From Lingula anatina (lineage: Eukaryota; Animalia; Brachiopoda): a DNA stretch of 64,000 bases. A program made the position numbers and the translations under genes. Shown here piece after piece: positions 1 to 13,229 of this stretch. Positions within the stretch are counted from its first letter, which is position 1, and each line of letters starts with the position of its first letter. Under the pieces are notes generated by a model that was given only the letters and a program-made list of their open reading frames with translations, was not told the DNA's origin and searched no databases. The DNA lies in the NCBI GenBank assembly GCA_051362555.1, contig CM120646.1:22878001-22942000 (forward strand), in the 5' to 3' direction.

Positions 1-121
1 AAATACTGTACCTATTAGCAAAGACTTACAACATGTAGCTACTTGTATAATGCAATGCATATATACTGAAGAAAATGCTGAAATTGAAACAGATTTTTTA
101 ACCGACATGATTGCCACCTAG

Positions 122-1963
122 ATACCTTTGCGTGGTACGATGATACCGTCGTAGACTTCACCCATTGGGAGCCAGGGCAACCCAATGACTTTGGCGGGAA
201 AGAAGATTGTGTAGAGTTCAAGGTCAGCTCTGGTTGGTGGGATGACACTGAGTGCACGGTGACCATGGGTTTTCTGTGCAAAACTAGAATAGGTGAGTGT
301 TGTGAACCATCTGTGCGCTCTTAATGCATGCTCCTGCAAGTAACGGTATTTGGATACCTCTGCTAATTATAAACCGCAGTTTATATTATCTACGGATATT
401 CTCTGAACCAGAGACATATCTGTGACCATCTACTGGAAAAACAATCTGTGGTCCTGGTAGAGGGTAGTACCCTGTATTTGGACAAATCTTTGACATTATC
501 CAACAGTATTAAAATTTGTGATTTTGCAACATCATGATATTTCGCCCTAACTATTATTTCATTGCCATGGGCTTTCAAAGAAGAAAAAAGTGTCATATAC
601 GATTTCGACACTTAAGCATACATAACTCTTTGCAAAAGGCGACAAAGTAAACGAAAAACAAAATATACATATCGAAATAAAAACTTAGACTATAATTCTA
701 AATCGCCATGTGTTTGCAGTGTCAGGTACGGCAGAGGTGGGATCTGTTGGTACAGTGTCGGAAAACTGCAGTGATATAACTACATCTCCTGGTAACTTTC
801 AGGATCTCTCTCTGGAACACGTAGGTGGGTATAGTATATAAGAAACACATTTTATCTAAAATCATAATAAGGTAGACGCATTGTGCTTTAGGGACCATTC
901 CCATACGAAGCATTCAGGTTCAGACATCGTACCAGCTGGATCTATCCAGTTTTGGGGGGATTCTCGATAAAGTGCAGTCAATTTAATCAGTTTAAATTTC
1001 TGAAACGCCTCCTCGAGCAGCTGAAGGGTAATTAAGCCGAACGCACACGGAAGTTACTTTAGCGAACATCCCCACAGAGTTGGATCGATTTAGCTGGTAT
1101 TATATTTGAATCTGAACGTTCGCATAAACATACCGACCTACGCGGAACGACCCTTCAAGGGCTCTCGACAAGGGCAATCAGCTTAACATATCAACACGCC
1201 TCTTCCTGGCGTTAAAGAAAAAAAAAGTAGGCACGTTGGAAACGAGAAGAGACGTGTCCTTTAGTTAAGCTGATTGCACTTTGCGAGAGTACCCGCTAAA
1301 TTGGGCTGTTCCACGTATACCAATGGTGTGACCACGGGAATTGGGTCTTATTTCTTTGATATTCAGGGGAAGGGGGGATGCACAAAGTTACTGATTTTAT
1401 TATGTCTTTTCTTGAATATTTGTTTGATTTTATTTGGTAGATTTGAGTAAAAACAAACATTCATGAAATTGTTTAATAAGAGTGAACTGTTGCCAATGCA
1501 ACAAAAATATTATAACTTTAATTTCGCCATTGACCATGAGTAAGATAATTGCCACTTTTAGGAAAATTAAAACTCATATAAAAGAATACTTTTGTTTTCT
1601 TGCAATCATGAGAATACTTTTGTTTTCGTATAATTATTGATTAAACTAATTAGAAGTTTCAATAATCGATTCTTTTTCAAGGAAAAACTGCCGTTCTGTG
1701 AATTGTAACTTATTTTCTTATTAATTGTATGCTACTTAATGCAAGTGCTCTCAGAAATAAACTCCCCTACTAACTATCTACCAGGTGTCGCGATGAACAC
1801 TCCGTACGTGGTGGCCGTGGCCGTCCTCTCCGTGATCGCAGCCGGTCTTGTGGTGGTTGTTGGAGTCCTGCTGAGAAGAAAAAATCGTCGCTCTAATATG
1901 TCTGCCTCATTCTTCACCCAGACCAGTGATGTAGAGTTTACGCCCACCATGCCGGAAACCTAA
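122..1963 (+). CDS. 3' part of a type-I transmembrane C-type lectin (mannose-receptor-like); gene begins upstream of the window
   Basis: Exon 122-292 (AG/GT, phase 1) reads DTFAWYDDTVVDFTHWEPGQPNDFGGKEDCVEFKVSSGWWDDTECTVTMGFLCK, the C-terminal half of a CTLD (QPN, WDD, FLC motifs). Probable Ser/Thr stalk exon 720-791 or 720-824. Last exon 1785-1963 has a hydrophobic TM segment (VVAVAVLSVIAAGLVVVVGVLL), RRKNRR and a short tail to TAA. Confidence 0.8.
891..1347. mobile_element. Putative PIF/Harbinger-type MITE in the lectin intron
   Basis: Imperfect terminal inverted repeats GGGACCATTCCC / GGGAATTGGGTC, flanked by TTA on both sides; termini resemble the MITEs at 14212 and 14605. Confidence 0.45.
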
Positions 1964-3378
1964 TGGCTTGTGTGTTGGATTTTATGTAGATGAAGCTTGG
2001 TGGAGGCTTTCAAAAAAACAATATGGCTATGTATTTATCAGGATATAGCTGCTCATAAAGGTTACAGCAGTTTAATTCCTCGTCTAGATTTAGTAAAGGG
2101 CTGTCTGAAGAAGGAAGTTTACGGAATAAGACACTCATTCATTGTGTTTGCTAAGCGTCCGTATTTGGACCCAGGACATGTATAAGTTAAAACCTCTTCT
2201 AAAAAATATGCAGTGCGTATTGAAATAATGAGGAGCAGCACAGGCATAATTGACATAAGATTCAACATTCACAAAAATAATGATCACACTATAAAATACC
2301 AATTGTGTGTGTTGCGGTATGTGCGCTTAAATTGTGTTGTGCTGTGCGCAACTTCTGGGATCGGTTTCGTATCTGTTTTAATTAGTTTTCTTTCGTTTTA
2401 AGCAATATTCTTATATAATTGCGATCTTACACAGCAAAACTGTGAATCATTTAACCGCTTTGCAATACAGACAAATGATCACAAATCTTTTGCGGTAACT
2501 TGTGAATTTGTTTAAGCTGAGCTGCAATTTAAGTAAAATAATAACCGACATGTGGTATCTAAAATATCACATAAATGTAACTTGATAACAGTTCCACACA
2601 TGCCGAAATCAAATAATTTCATAACAATAATAAAAACTGCTGTAACCCATTCTTGTACAGTGTTTAATTTTTTAAGGTGATATATTCCATGAAGTAATAC
2701 CACGGTAATTTAACATATGGCAGTGAAGATTCCCAACTTTGGATGCAGGCGGTGATCGGGAAATATTTATATCAAACCACTCAATAAGTACAAGGTATTT
2801 TTGAGCCTTTATTTGGTGAGAATCTGGCTGTTATTACCCAGTAAGAAATTTTTTTTCACTGGGTATGTTTTATTGCACTGGTATAATACGCATAGCACGG
2901 TGGTAGCCCAGTTACATATATGTCAATGTTTATGAGAATTATATAATTTTGGGCAAAATGCGTTTTTCTTTGTGAGTCACAGTTCTACCAGCAGTGGTTC
3001 TCATTGCGTTTGTTGAGCAATTTTCACCACTACGACAACCGGTGTAACGTGACAGAGAGTCCCCCATAACAGATAGTCCGCTTCCCATTCATTTGTACAG
3101 GTGAGCCTCGCCTACGATTTTGACCCACTTAGTTCGGGTTAACCCTTACCATTATAACTATATGGAAGGCGGACTTTCTGTTACACAGACCCTCAGTTTC
3201 GGTGCGTACACATTCTTCCCGCTAATAGCCGTGACTGTCGATAACGAGGCCTCTAGGAGGAGATGAGTAATCCTGTCGCCACTGAGTGGTTTACCTCCGT
3301 TTAATCCCTGTCAGGTTAACCATTCACTTCCTAGGTGTTAGAGTTGCTTTAAGGACAGGTTTATAGAAGCGTATCAAC

Positions 3379-3681
3379 ATGGCGTCAGCAATGGTTCTGA
3401 CTTTCATAACTCTCCTGACATTATCTGTAATATCTGCCGTGGTGGGCCAACCTCAAGTTACCACGAAAAACGGTGTAATAGAAGGACTTGTGACGGCAGT
3501 AGAGGGGCAGTCTGTGAATCAGTTTTTAGGGATTCCTTTTGCTGAACCACCTGTAGGAGCTCTGAGGTTTCTGAAACCACAGCCGCCCTCTAACTGGACT
3601 GGAGTTAAGGAGACCACCGCTTTTGGCGCAGTGTGTATGCAGAGTACCGATGTCTTAAATCATTACGGTGATCAGGTAATA

Positions 3682-3751
<70 letters not shown>

Positions 3752-6700
3752 CCTGTCTGCTGTTGCATTTGAAAAGTCTTAGAACTTCTTACGAAGTTAG
3801 TCTGATCTTTTACCTTAATATTTCGGATATTTTACGTTTTAGGTCATATTTTCATCAATGGATGGGTTTATTGCGTCAGCTTCATCGATATTTTTTTTTA
3901 TTGTGAATGCTAATTCCGTGTGTCAAATATGTCCCCAGCTTGCGTTTTCTTTTCGCTAGGGAGATGAGATCGCATCAGGGTTGAAAAGATCCACAATAGC
4001 TAGGAATACATTGCAAACGAGCAGTGTGTGGCATTTATAAAAATTAATTAAAATAAATATGTGCTCTTATCATTTCTATGTATGCTTTCGATATATGCTG
4101 TATATATTACAAACAGTAAGTCAAGAGGTGCCTGGCTAAGGGAAAAAGTGGTTTGTCGCCACCGTCAGGGTAAAGCCACATATCTGTACTAGACTCACAT
4201 TTGTTTAAACTTAAAAAAGAAGCTTTGTTTAAAGAAAAAAATCTATATCCCTTTACGGTATGATTACAAGATCAACCATTAAGACTGATGCACTTCCAAC
4301 TCCTCTCTTGCTTGGGGGGCACATACCCTTTCTCGCGTCCACGTCCATCGTAATTTATTTCCTCCAGATGCCCCCCTTCCCTTTGTAAAACATTGGTGCC
4401 ACCAATAACACACGCACACACACGCAACTTGTGTATTTAACAAACCAAAGTGTAAATTTAGTCAGTGTAGGCGAGTACCACTCCCTTGACAGGTGACATT
4501 TTATCAATGTTTATATTTGTTAAGTGTATTACAATATAGACTTGATTGAAAGCTCGAGTTCAAAGGCAAACACCTGAATAAAACTGATCACAAGCCAAAT
4601 TATGACTCATAGTTTAAATATACAGTGATTCACTGATATCAAACACAGGGGGCAAACTGATATGACTTCAGATCTTTAACGAGCACCCAAAATCTCTTCC
4701 GTACAGTCTCATTATGGATTGTGATTAATGGAATGTTTATTGTACATTGTGCAGTGATAAAAGCGTTTCCTTTCAACAAAGAAACATTGTCATTTAGTTT
4801 AAGAAGGTTCAGTGCTGTACGTTGCTCAAGAACAAGGGAGATAAGATAAGACGGGATAATATGAGACCTTCGTCCTCCAACCAGTGTCGTGTGGTGCGAA
4901 CATTTTCTTCCCTAAGGTGATCAGGACGTTGTTCGCCTCTCTGAGTCGTCACTTTAAGGGAAGAAAATGTTTCATTTAAGATTGAGATATGTCGCTCTAT
5001 ATCAAGAAATATTAAAACACACAAGATTTATTTGATTTTATTAATGGGAATTGAGTCGCGTGGGTTATGACTGTGCAGAACGGTTGTGAAATAGTGCACT
5101 TTTTTCAAAAGCCAACTTTGCTGTTATTGATTTTGTATTAAGTTATATATATTTTACCAGCATGTCAGGTGACATATTTGAAAAGGTGTTGACAGTAAAC
5201 CATAAAAGGGTCTTCTACTATATATAATATTATTATTGCCCTTATGTATAATATTATTTTGTGTTGCCATTGCTGTTCTAGGAATGGTAATATCATAGAG
5301 TTTAAACGATGAATCGAGATTCTGATAAGGCAGTGGATCCTGTATTGATAGAATTATACGGGAAATTGCAAGGAAACCACGACGTCACCCATACGCGTGC
5401 TCTAGCGCGGACTTACCTGTTCATGTATATCTGATCGAGGGGAAATGTTAATTATGAAGATGGTGATTCTTTTCTCTTAAAATTTGAAATATTTAAACCT
5501 TTTAAACGTGTCATGGGTAATTTCTATTTTCATATCAAGCTTTCTGAAGACTGTCTTACCCTAAATGTGTTCGTCCCCGGGGCTGTAAGCAACACTAACA
5601 GGAAGGCGGTAATGGTCTGGATATATGGCGGGGGATACACCACCGGAGGAACTAATATTTACTTCTTTAATGAATTTGGTACGTCATATTATGAGATATT
5701 TTGATTATGTTAACTTTTAACTTAAAGAAAATACCGTGAAGCTTGAAAGGTACGTTAAGCTAAATACATTTAAGCGATTTCTGACAGTAACAGAACACCG
5801 ACTAAGATTAAAACAATTACCATTACCAACGATTACCTAAGAATAAGACTAATATAACACTTAACTTAGTATGAGTTTCAAACTGCATGTGTAACAGAGG
5901 CGTTGAATTATATTGAAAATTCTGAAATGTTTTCTACGTCACTAGTGGTACGAAATGACGTCATCGTGGTATCAGTCAACTACCGCGTGGGTCCATTTGG
6001 GTTCTTGACCACTGGTGACGCCAACGCTCCTGGTAACGCTGGACTCTGGGATCAAATAGAGGGACTCAAATGGGCGCAAGATAACATAAAAAATTTTGGC
6101 GGAGACCCTAATAAGTAAGTGTTTTACCACTGTCACATGAACCAATTTAAATCAATGGAAACAGTCACAAAATGGATAAATTCTTCAATAACGAGTAAAA
6201 CAGTGGGCAAGTCTCCCAAAAGAAAGAGTTAAATGATAACAAGTAAAACGTATTTAGTTGTCTAGTACACATCAATGCTGTGTATCTTTATGCGCATCGT
6301 GAGTTCGTTTTTATTAGTAACATTTTAAGAGGTTGATCGAAATTGTATGACCAAATTGTGTCGACTTATTGTGTGTATCCAAATGACTATTCCAGTGTGA
6401 CTATTTTCGGAGAATCGGCAGGTGGCGGTAGTGTTTCACAACTGGCTATGACGGTGGCCTCCAGGGGTCTTTTCCATCGTTTTATATCCATGAGTGGCAC
6501 CGCACTAACCGATGGGACGTGGGTAAAAGACGGTCCTGACGTCGCTACCAAGGTTGGACAGAATCTTGGATGTAACGCCGCAGCATCGCTGGTGGACTGT
6601 CTCCGTGCAGCCAACGCAACCGCCTTGCTTAGAGCGTCAGACCAATCATTGTTTCCAGGACGGTATTCAGCCCTTTTTGCCCCTGTTGTCGACGGCGACA

Positions 6701-7719
6701 TGTTTCCTCGTAGTGTGGAGGAAATGCTGAGGGATCCCAACTCAACTGCGTTGAGACATTTTCTGTCCCTGGATTACATGGGTGGATTCACGGACTCTGA
6801 TGGCGGGGTTAACCTCCTTTTCCCACCTACCAACATCACCCTTGGAGTATCGCCCGCTTATATGAGAGATACTTTCCTCCCTCAGTTTGCTGCCCGGACT
6901 TCCGCCTACCACAAAGATGAAATAGCACAGAAACTGAGAGAAATTTATTACAATGCGAGTGCCAGCATGGTAGAGACCGGACGCCTAATGGTTAAACTGT
7001 ATACTGATATATATTTTTCTGTACCAACAGTTGCCTTCCTTAGGAATCATTATATGTCGTCAGGTGGCTCCACCTATCTTTACTACTTCACCAAGGAGCC
7101 GTCATTCCCTCATCTCCTGCCCGTACCAGCCTGGTTTAAGGGTGTTAACCACGGGGACGAGGTCGTCTTCATGTTAGGGCCTGATGACACTGCTCTATTC
7201 AACGGCACCTTCACGGAATTAGAGAAGAACGTTTCCAGAGCTTTTATGACCTACTTTGCAAACTTTGCAAAAACTGGGTAAGTCTGAATACGTAAAGTTT
7301 GAGGATGTACATGGTTAGTTGTGTAAAGAACTGCGGAATATAGACATGGAGAATATGACTTTAGTTTATTTTCCGTTAATTTCCAAACGCGTAAAGTGCA
7401 CCTTTACGTTTAGTTTTAAAATATCTGTACTTTGCAACTTTCCAGAAACCCCAACACTCCTGATACTGTACCAAGCCTATGGCCGGAATATACGTATACG
7501 AGGGAAGAGTATCTAGACATCGGTGACGTCATCGTCAATAAAACTGACGTCATACCACAGCGTATGACCCTGTGGTTAGACACCATCCCTAAGATACTGG
7601 CCAGGTCCACCACTTCCGCTCCGTCCACGACGCCGGTGGCTAGTGAGGGGGTACAAATCCAGTTCAGCGCCATGCTTGCTATCCTTGTTATGTTAAACGT
7701 CTTGAAGTTGTTTTGTTGA
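3379..7719 (+). CDS. Type-B carboxylesterase/cholinesterase-family protein 1 (586 aa, signal peptide, probable GPI-anchor tail)
   Basis: Exons 3379-3675, 5540-5678, 5946-6114, 6396-7277, 7446-7719 join in frame with GT-AG sites. Motifs [51 protein letters not shown] (catalytic Ser), GVNHGDE (His), FAKTGNPN. Ser/Thr linker then hydrophobic C-terminus. Confidence 0.95.
3685..3748. repeat. Compound (CA)n(GA)n microsatellite in intron 1
   Basis: Directly visible dinucleotide runs. Confidence 0.95.
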
Positions 7720-8319
7720 GGTCGAGACTTTTCCTGTTTTATCATTCCCGAGATTCTGTAACCATGTTTAAAGAACATCGTTAAAGAAAAGATGTCCTGA
7801 CCAAAAAGAATGTCACCTCTGTATCTGAACATGGAATATTTTCCTCAAATAGGGACTAGGAATCTGTTTAGTGATACATGTATTATTGTAAACCTTTTCG
7901 TGTAAAATAGTTGATTGTTTTCATGAAAATGAAAAGACTGTTTAATCTCAGCATTTTAGTAATTACCAACTGAATGGAAGACACCTCTCAGATTAAGCAT
8001 CCTTAAAGCGAGAAAGATTTCTCTTTTAGATATGAACACATTGATGAGTCGGGTTCAGTTTACAACTTTTGTAACTGGATGGATTTAAACATATACTTTT
8101 AAGTATATTAAAATATATCTTCATCACTACTTAGGGGTCGGTCGTGGCGTCTGATAAAAGCAATCTACTACATAACTTACTGACGTGACTCAAATGTCCC
8201 CTTCTTGTGGAATGAAACAACGTGGATATGTACCCTTGAAAAAAAGTAGGGACTACTGGTGCGTCCATCTACTACTAAACCTATATCCTTCCTGGAGAAT
8301 GGGCAAAGACACAACTTAC

Positions 8320-8374
8320 CAGCGATGCACAACCTAGCGGAGAGAAGTAAAACAGACGCTGTTAAAAAGTACAT
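8320..8374 (-). pseudogene. Orphan pentraxin exon 1 (signal peptide) with its promoter; no downstream exons seen
   Basis: Minus strand ATG 8374 encodes MYFLTASVLLLSARLCIA-G then GTAAGT donor. It is 55 nt like exon 1 of both pentraxins, and the upstream ~140 bp match 9325-9456 inverted. Confidence 0.7.
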
Positions 8375-9456
8375 GGTTCTTGACGCACGGAGCTCCACAT
8401 GCATTTCACTAAACAGACGAAATGCTGTTGGTATATGTATGCGTAATTTGTTAGTTATATACAATGTAGTGCTTAATGTCTGTCCTGTTTATTGGAACAT
8501 CACGTTACATAATAACCAGCTACACGGATGTAATATCTGACTAAAGGACCTGAAGATTTATAGCAAATTCGACATTTACCGCAAACAGCCCCAGCACATA
8601 TTGAAGCCGTACACACGACCGCGTCTGATGATGGTTAAAAGCAATTAAGCGATGGTTTTCAATTTCTGTTATCCCTTGAATCTCAGCTGTCGCACTAACT
8701 TCTAGATTCCGTGCAATTTCAAACCCACTCCTGACAAGCAACGGACGACGAGGTTCGTCCATAGGTGTCAAAATGTGATTATTTATGGTTGCATAACTTT
8801 ATGGTATTTAATATGCTTAAAAGAATTATTTTTCATCAGAGAGATTCACCAAGGAGTGGTCCACGTACTTAACACATTTTAAACCTGAACGCGTCTCCTC
8901 TTCAAACTTTATCAACGCGGTTTTCTTCTTTTATGCAGATTTACAACGCAACTGAAGCCACAAATATGATTTACGTTATGCAGTTAAAGCCTTTGTTGCT
9001 TTGCCAGCCCCAAAATGTGTATACACATTGGCGAAGGTTGACAGGACCTGGTTTACAAATTTGAACCTCGACATTATTGCAAATATTTTGCTTGCCATCA
9101 GACCATGTGGTCCTTCGTAGATGGTCATACTTTTGTATTAAACTCTTAAGAGATTATTACAAAATAAATAAATAAATAAAAATAATAATAATTATTATTA
9201 TTATTACAATTATAAAAAACATGAACTAACTATATCTGATATATCTGATACGTACTTAAAATAAGCTCTAGGCTCTAAGTTCCTGTAGTCAGTTATCACA
9301 TCCGTGCAGCTGGTTATCATCTAATACAAGAAACGTGATGTTCTAATAAACAGGACAGACAATAAGCACTATATAAGTAGTAATGTACGCGTGAGTGTAC
9401 TAACAGTCTTTCGTCTGTTTAGCGAAACTCATCTGGAGCTCTGTGCGCCAAGAAGC

Positions 9457-11194
9457 ATGCGCTTTCTAACAGCGTCCGTTTTACTTCTCTCCGCTGGGTT
9501 GTACATTTCTGGTAAGTTGTTCTCTTTGCCCATGCTTCAGGAAGGATATAGGTTTTGTAGATAGACCCTATTTTTTTAAAGGTCACATATCCATGGTATG
9601 TCATTTCACAAAGAAGTGAACATTTGGGTCACGTCGGTAAGTAACCGATTTTGCATAATATTTGCATACTTTTCACTTGTTTCATTATTTTTGTAGTTTT
9701 ATATTGCAGTATCCTGTAAAATAGATATATATCAACAATTATAAAAAGCGATTCAGAGAAGTTTATTATTTAAAGTTTTAAGTTGATGTTTAAATATTAT
9801 ACAAAATGCGTCACTGCGTGACTAAAATATTCCCCTTTAGTGGAATGATCCGCATAGTGATGATTTAGGCACATGACATCTGTTAAACCAAAGAGTTTTC
9901 AGCCAACTAAGCTGCGTTTCTTTTTCGGTCTTTTAGCAGTGCTACTTTAGCAGATTGTCATTTTTTGGGAAACGATCATTTACTTTCATTGGTGACAAAG
10001 GCCATTAAATATAACTATTTTTGTCGACTATGACGGTGTGGATTAGAAGCTTGTAAAACTATCTTAAGTCAAACTTTTAAAAACACAAAGCTGCAGTTAT
10101 TTGTTGAAACGCCCCCAAAGATGGAAGCCCTGTGCCATATTTCAAGCCAAATGTCCCCTAATTATTTCCAGATAAAACTACAATCCTTCGCTTGCCATCG
10201 CCACAGACCACAAAGAGCTACGTGAAGCTGCAGGCAGCCACTCCTGCGATGACCGCCTTGACAGCTTGCCTGAGGGCTAAGACCGCGTTCACTGGAAATG
10301 ACGCTTCATTTCTCCTGTCTTACGCCGCGACTTCTACGGACAACGCTTTCCTCCTTGGGTACAAGAGAAGTGGAAAGATCGTGCTCCATGTATTTAACGC
10401 AGAAAAAGATACGTCCGTGTCTACAGTCTATGATGGGGCCTGGCACCACTGGTGCTTCTCTTGGAACAGTCGTGGTGGGAAGTGGACGGTTTACAAAGAT
10501 GGCATGCCTGCAGCGGCGGGAACTGGCTTCCAGACGGACAAAACCATACCACCAAGTAAGAAAATACGTGTCATTTAGTAATGAGTCAATTTTGTGATAA
10601 TTAAATCGTTGACATCTGAGAAAGGTAACCTAGGCCCCTACAATGTATTATATAGGGCGAGTATGGGCGAGTTATGGAATTGAGACGCTTGCGCTTGGTC
10701 GCGATGCGCGATGCGTTCGAGTTACGGGGCCCAGGTTACCCTGGATATGTTTTTATGCAAACGGTACTCAAAGTAACTGTTGTTGCATGTTCCGCACCTA
10801 TTTTGAACTCATTTTTGATATGCCACACATTTACTTCTGTAGTAGCGCTGGTACCTTCCTTTGTATTGTTTATTCATATAATTTTATACTAGAATTATCA
10901 GAAAATGAAATAAAATAAAACAAAACGAATATATGTTATTTGTTAAACTTATTTTAAGATGGAGTTTGGATTGTTGGACAAGATCAAGATGCGGTAGGCG
11001 GCGGATTTGACACTACACAAGCCTATGTTGGTGACATCACGAGCATCAACGTTTGGAACACCGACAATATTGACGTTGCAGCAGTTGCGAACTGTGGCGA
11101 TAATTTTGGAGGAAACGTCATCTCTTGGTATGACGTCAGCAAAGAAATTCACGAAGTGTCTACATACAGAGAAGATCTTTGCAAATTGAAATAA
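9457..11194 (+). CDS. Short secreted pentraxin A (CRP/SAP-like, 224 aa)
   Basis: Exons 9457-9511 (MRFLTASVLLLSAGLYIS), 10172-10555, 10959-11194, all phase 1. Pentraxin signature WHHWCFSWNS, LTACL, and VGQDQDAVGGGFDTTQAYVGDITSINVW. TATATAA near 9370. Confidence 0.9.
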
Positions 11195-11903
11195 GAGATA
11201 CAAAGGAAAAATTAAATTTCGTTTGTCAAGTTTCTGCTTTTCTTCTCTTTCATAAAGGTATAATAAAATGTGCTTTATCTTAACAAAATATTTCTTTTTG
11301 AATTTCAAATCCTTTAGTTTTTATGTATGATAAAATGCCAATCAATTGAAAAAGTGTGAATCCAAAAAGGGAAGGAATAAGTACAGATGCATTTAGAAGC
11401 CATTACAGATTACATGATATACTAAATCCTATTATGTTCTTAATTATCTACTACATTCCAGGACGTTCTACAAAAATTCTAGATTTAATTGAAAGTTACT
11501 TTGGTTCTCACAACACCTAGCTGCTAGCCTTGGGCTCCTAATTAGGTGATCGAGTCATCGTACAGTTGGCTGTGGGATGCTTACCAATCAGTCACTTTCC
11601 TTGGCTTTTGTCGTCTGGTAGATCGAGGTCTGTGTGGTCCATATACTCATCACCGGGCGCTTGCGCTGTTGTATTACAATGTGTTAACAATTAGTAATCA
11701 TTCTTGAAGACCAACTTGTGTCGGAACAGTGTTGTACCGTACTACACTGGGTTGGCTGTTCTCATTCTCGAAGACCCCCGCGTGTCTGAGCTGTGTATGC
11801 TGCTCGACGGCTTCTCAATCTTACTCCCACAGAGGATGGAGATGTAGTATTTGGCCAAATCTCTGACCAGGGCCTCCTCTTTCCCCTTGATTGTGAATGT
11901 TTC

Positions 11904-11939
11904 ATCTGAAGGGCGTGAGTTCAAGCCTCGCCAGGGGCA
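11904..11939 (+). pseudogene. Isolated, diverged 3' half (3' exon) of a tRNA-Met gene
   Basis: ATCTGAAGGGCGTGAGTTCAAGCCTCGCCAGGGGCA aligns end to end with the 36-nt 3' exon of the Met tRNAs and is followed by TTTT; no 5' half upstream. Confidence 0.65.
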
Positions 11940-12131
11940 GAACATTTTGGTCGCGCCCATGCTTTACTTATTACTACCTTTTTATTAACCCATACCCTAC
12001 GTCAACAAACAGAAGCAATCGTTGTTTAAGAAAAAAAAGCAATGATACAGTATATGAAATAACTAGAAAGATGCGTTTTTTCCCTGCGCCTTTCCGAGAC
12101 CGATAAACTAGGATACAAAGCGTATTATAAG

Positions 12132-12221
12132 GCCTCGGTAGCGTAGTAGGCAGCGCGTCAGTCTCATAATCAATGAAGTAGAGTAATCTGAAGGTCGTGA
12201 GTTCGATCCTCACCCGGGGCA
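12132..12221 (+). tRNA. TRNAM-CAU: tRNA-Met(CAT), elongator type, with 17-nt intron (12169-12185)
   Basis: GCCTCGG...CCGGGGCA acceptor stem, D-loop AGTAGG, anticodon CAT, intron after position 37, T-loop TTCGATC; mature length 73 nt; downstream TTTT. Confidence 0.93.
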
Positions 12222-13229
12222 TGAATCATTTTGCGTTACGCTCCTATATGTCTTTTATACTGTAGAAGGATCGGCCCCGTAATTATTATATGGAAACTTG
12301 GACTCGCCTTTGATTTTGATATTTCAGTAGGAATTAACAGTCTGGCACAACAAAACGGTGAATAATTTTACCAATGTAGCTATACAGACATCGTTACTTG
12401 TAAATCCGTTTATATCGATTTGCAATTTGATAAGATATCACATACCCTGTAACTAAGCAACAGTGCCACATAGGGGTCCAATATAACGTGCGAAAGGCCT
12501 GATTATTAAAGCGTAACGTAAACCTGCTTGCGACCATTTACTCAGCCTTACAAGACAGATGAATGTTATTTGGAATAAATAAAAGGTCTAAGTTCACTAA
12601 AAATTCCATATAAAAACTACTGTAGCGAAATCTTGTCAAGTGTACAAATATTTTAAAGGGTAGTATTCCGTGACCTAATACACACGGTGATTTAGCATAA
12701 AGTAGTGAAGATTTCGAACTTAACATGATGTTATCAGGAAATATTTATAACAAAACACTACATAAATTCAATGTATCTGTGAGTCATATAATTTGATAAG
12801 AATCTGACGGTTTTCAGCAAGTGTTGGAAAGGATTTCACTGCTTATGTTTAGAGAATGTTTCATAATACATCATATAATGTATTATAATCATATAATGTC
12901 ACTCTGCTGGGTTACTTAGTTAAAGCTTATTAAAACTGTACAATTTTGGACAAAATGACATTTTTCTTTGGGAGATTTTCAAAGTCACATTTCTTCCAGC
13001 AGTGCGTCTTATTGCGTTAGTTGAGCAATTTTCTCCAGCACGACATCGGGCGCGGCGCGTGCACATTCTTGTTGCTACATAACCGTGACTGACTGTCGAT
13101 AACGAGGCTTCTAGAAGGAGATGAATAATCCTGTCGCCACTGCGCGGTTAAATAATCTCTGGCAGGGTAAACATTCACTTCCTAGGTGTTAGAGTTGTTG
13201 GGCTGGCAGGTATGAGGAAGCGTAACAGC

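Noticed and set aside
9582-9640. Possible extra micro-exon in pentraxin A intron 1
   Set aside because: Candidate AG/GT pairs end in phase 0 or run into TGA; direct phase-1 splicing matches paralog B.
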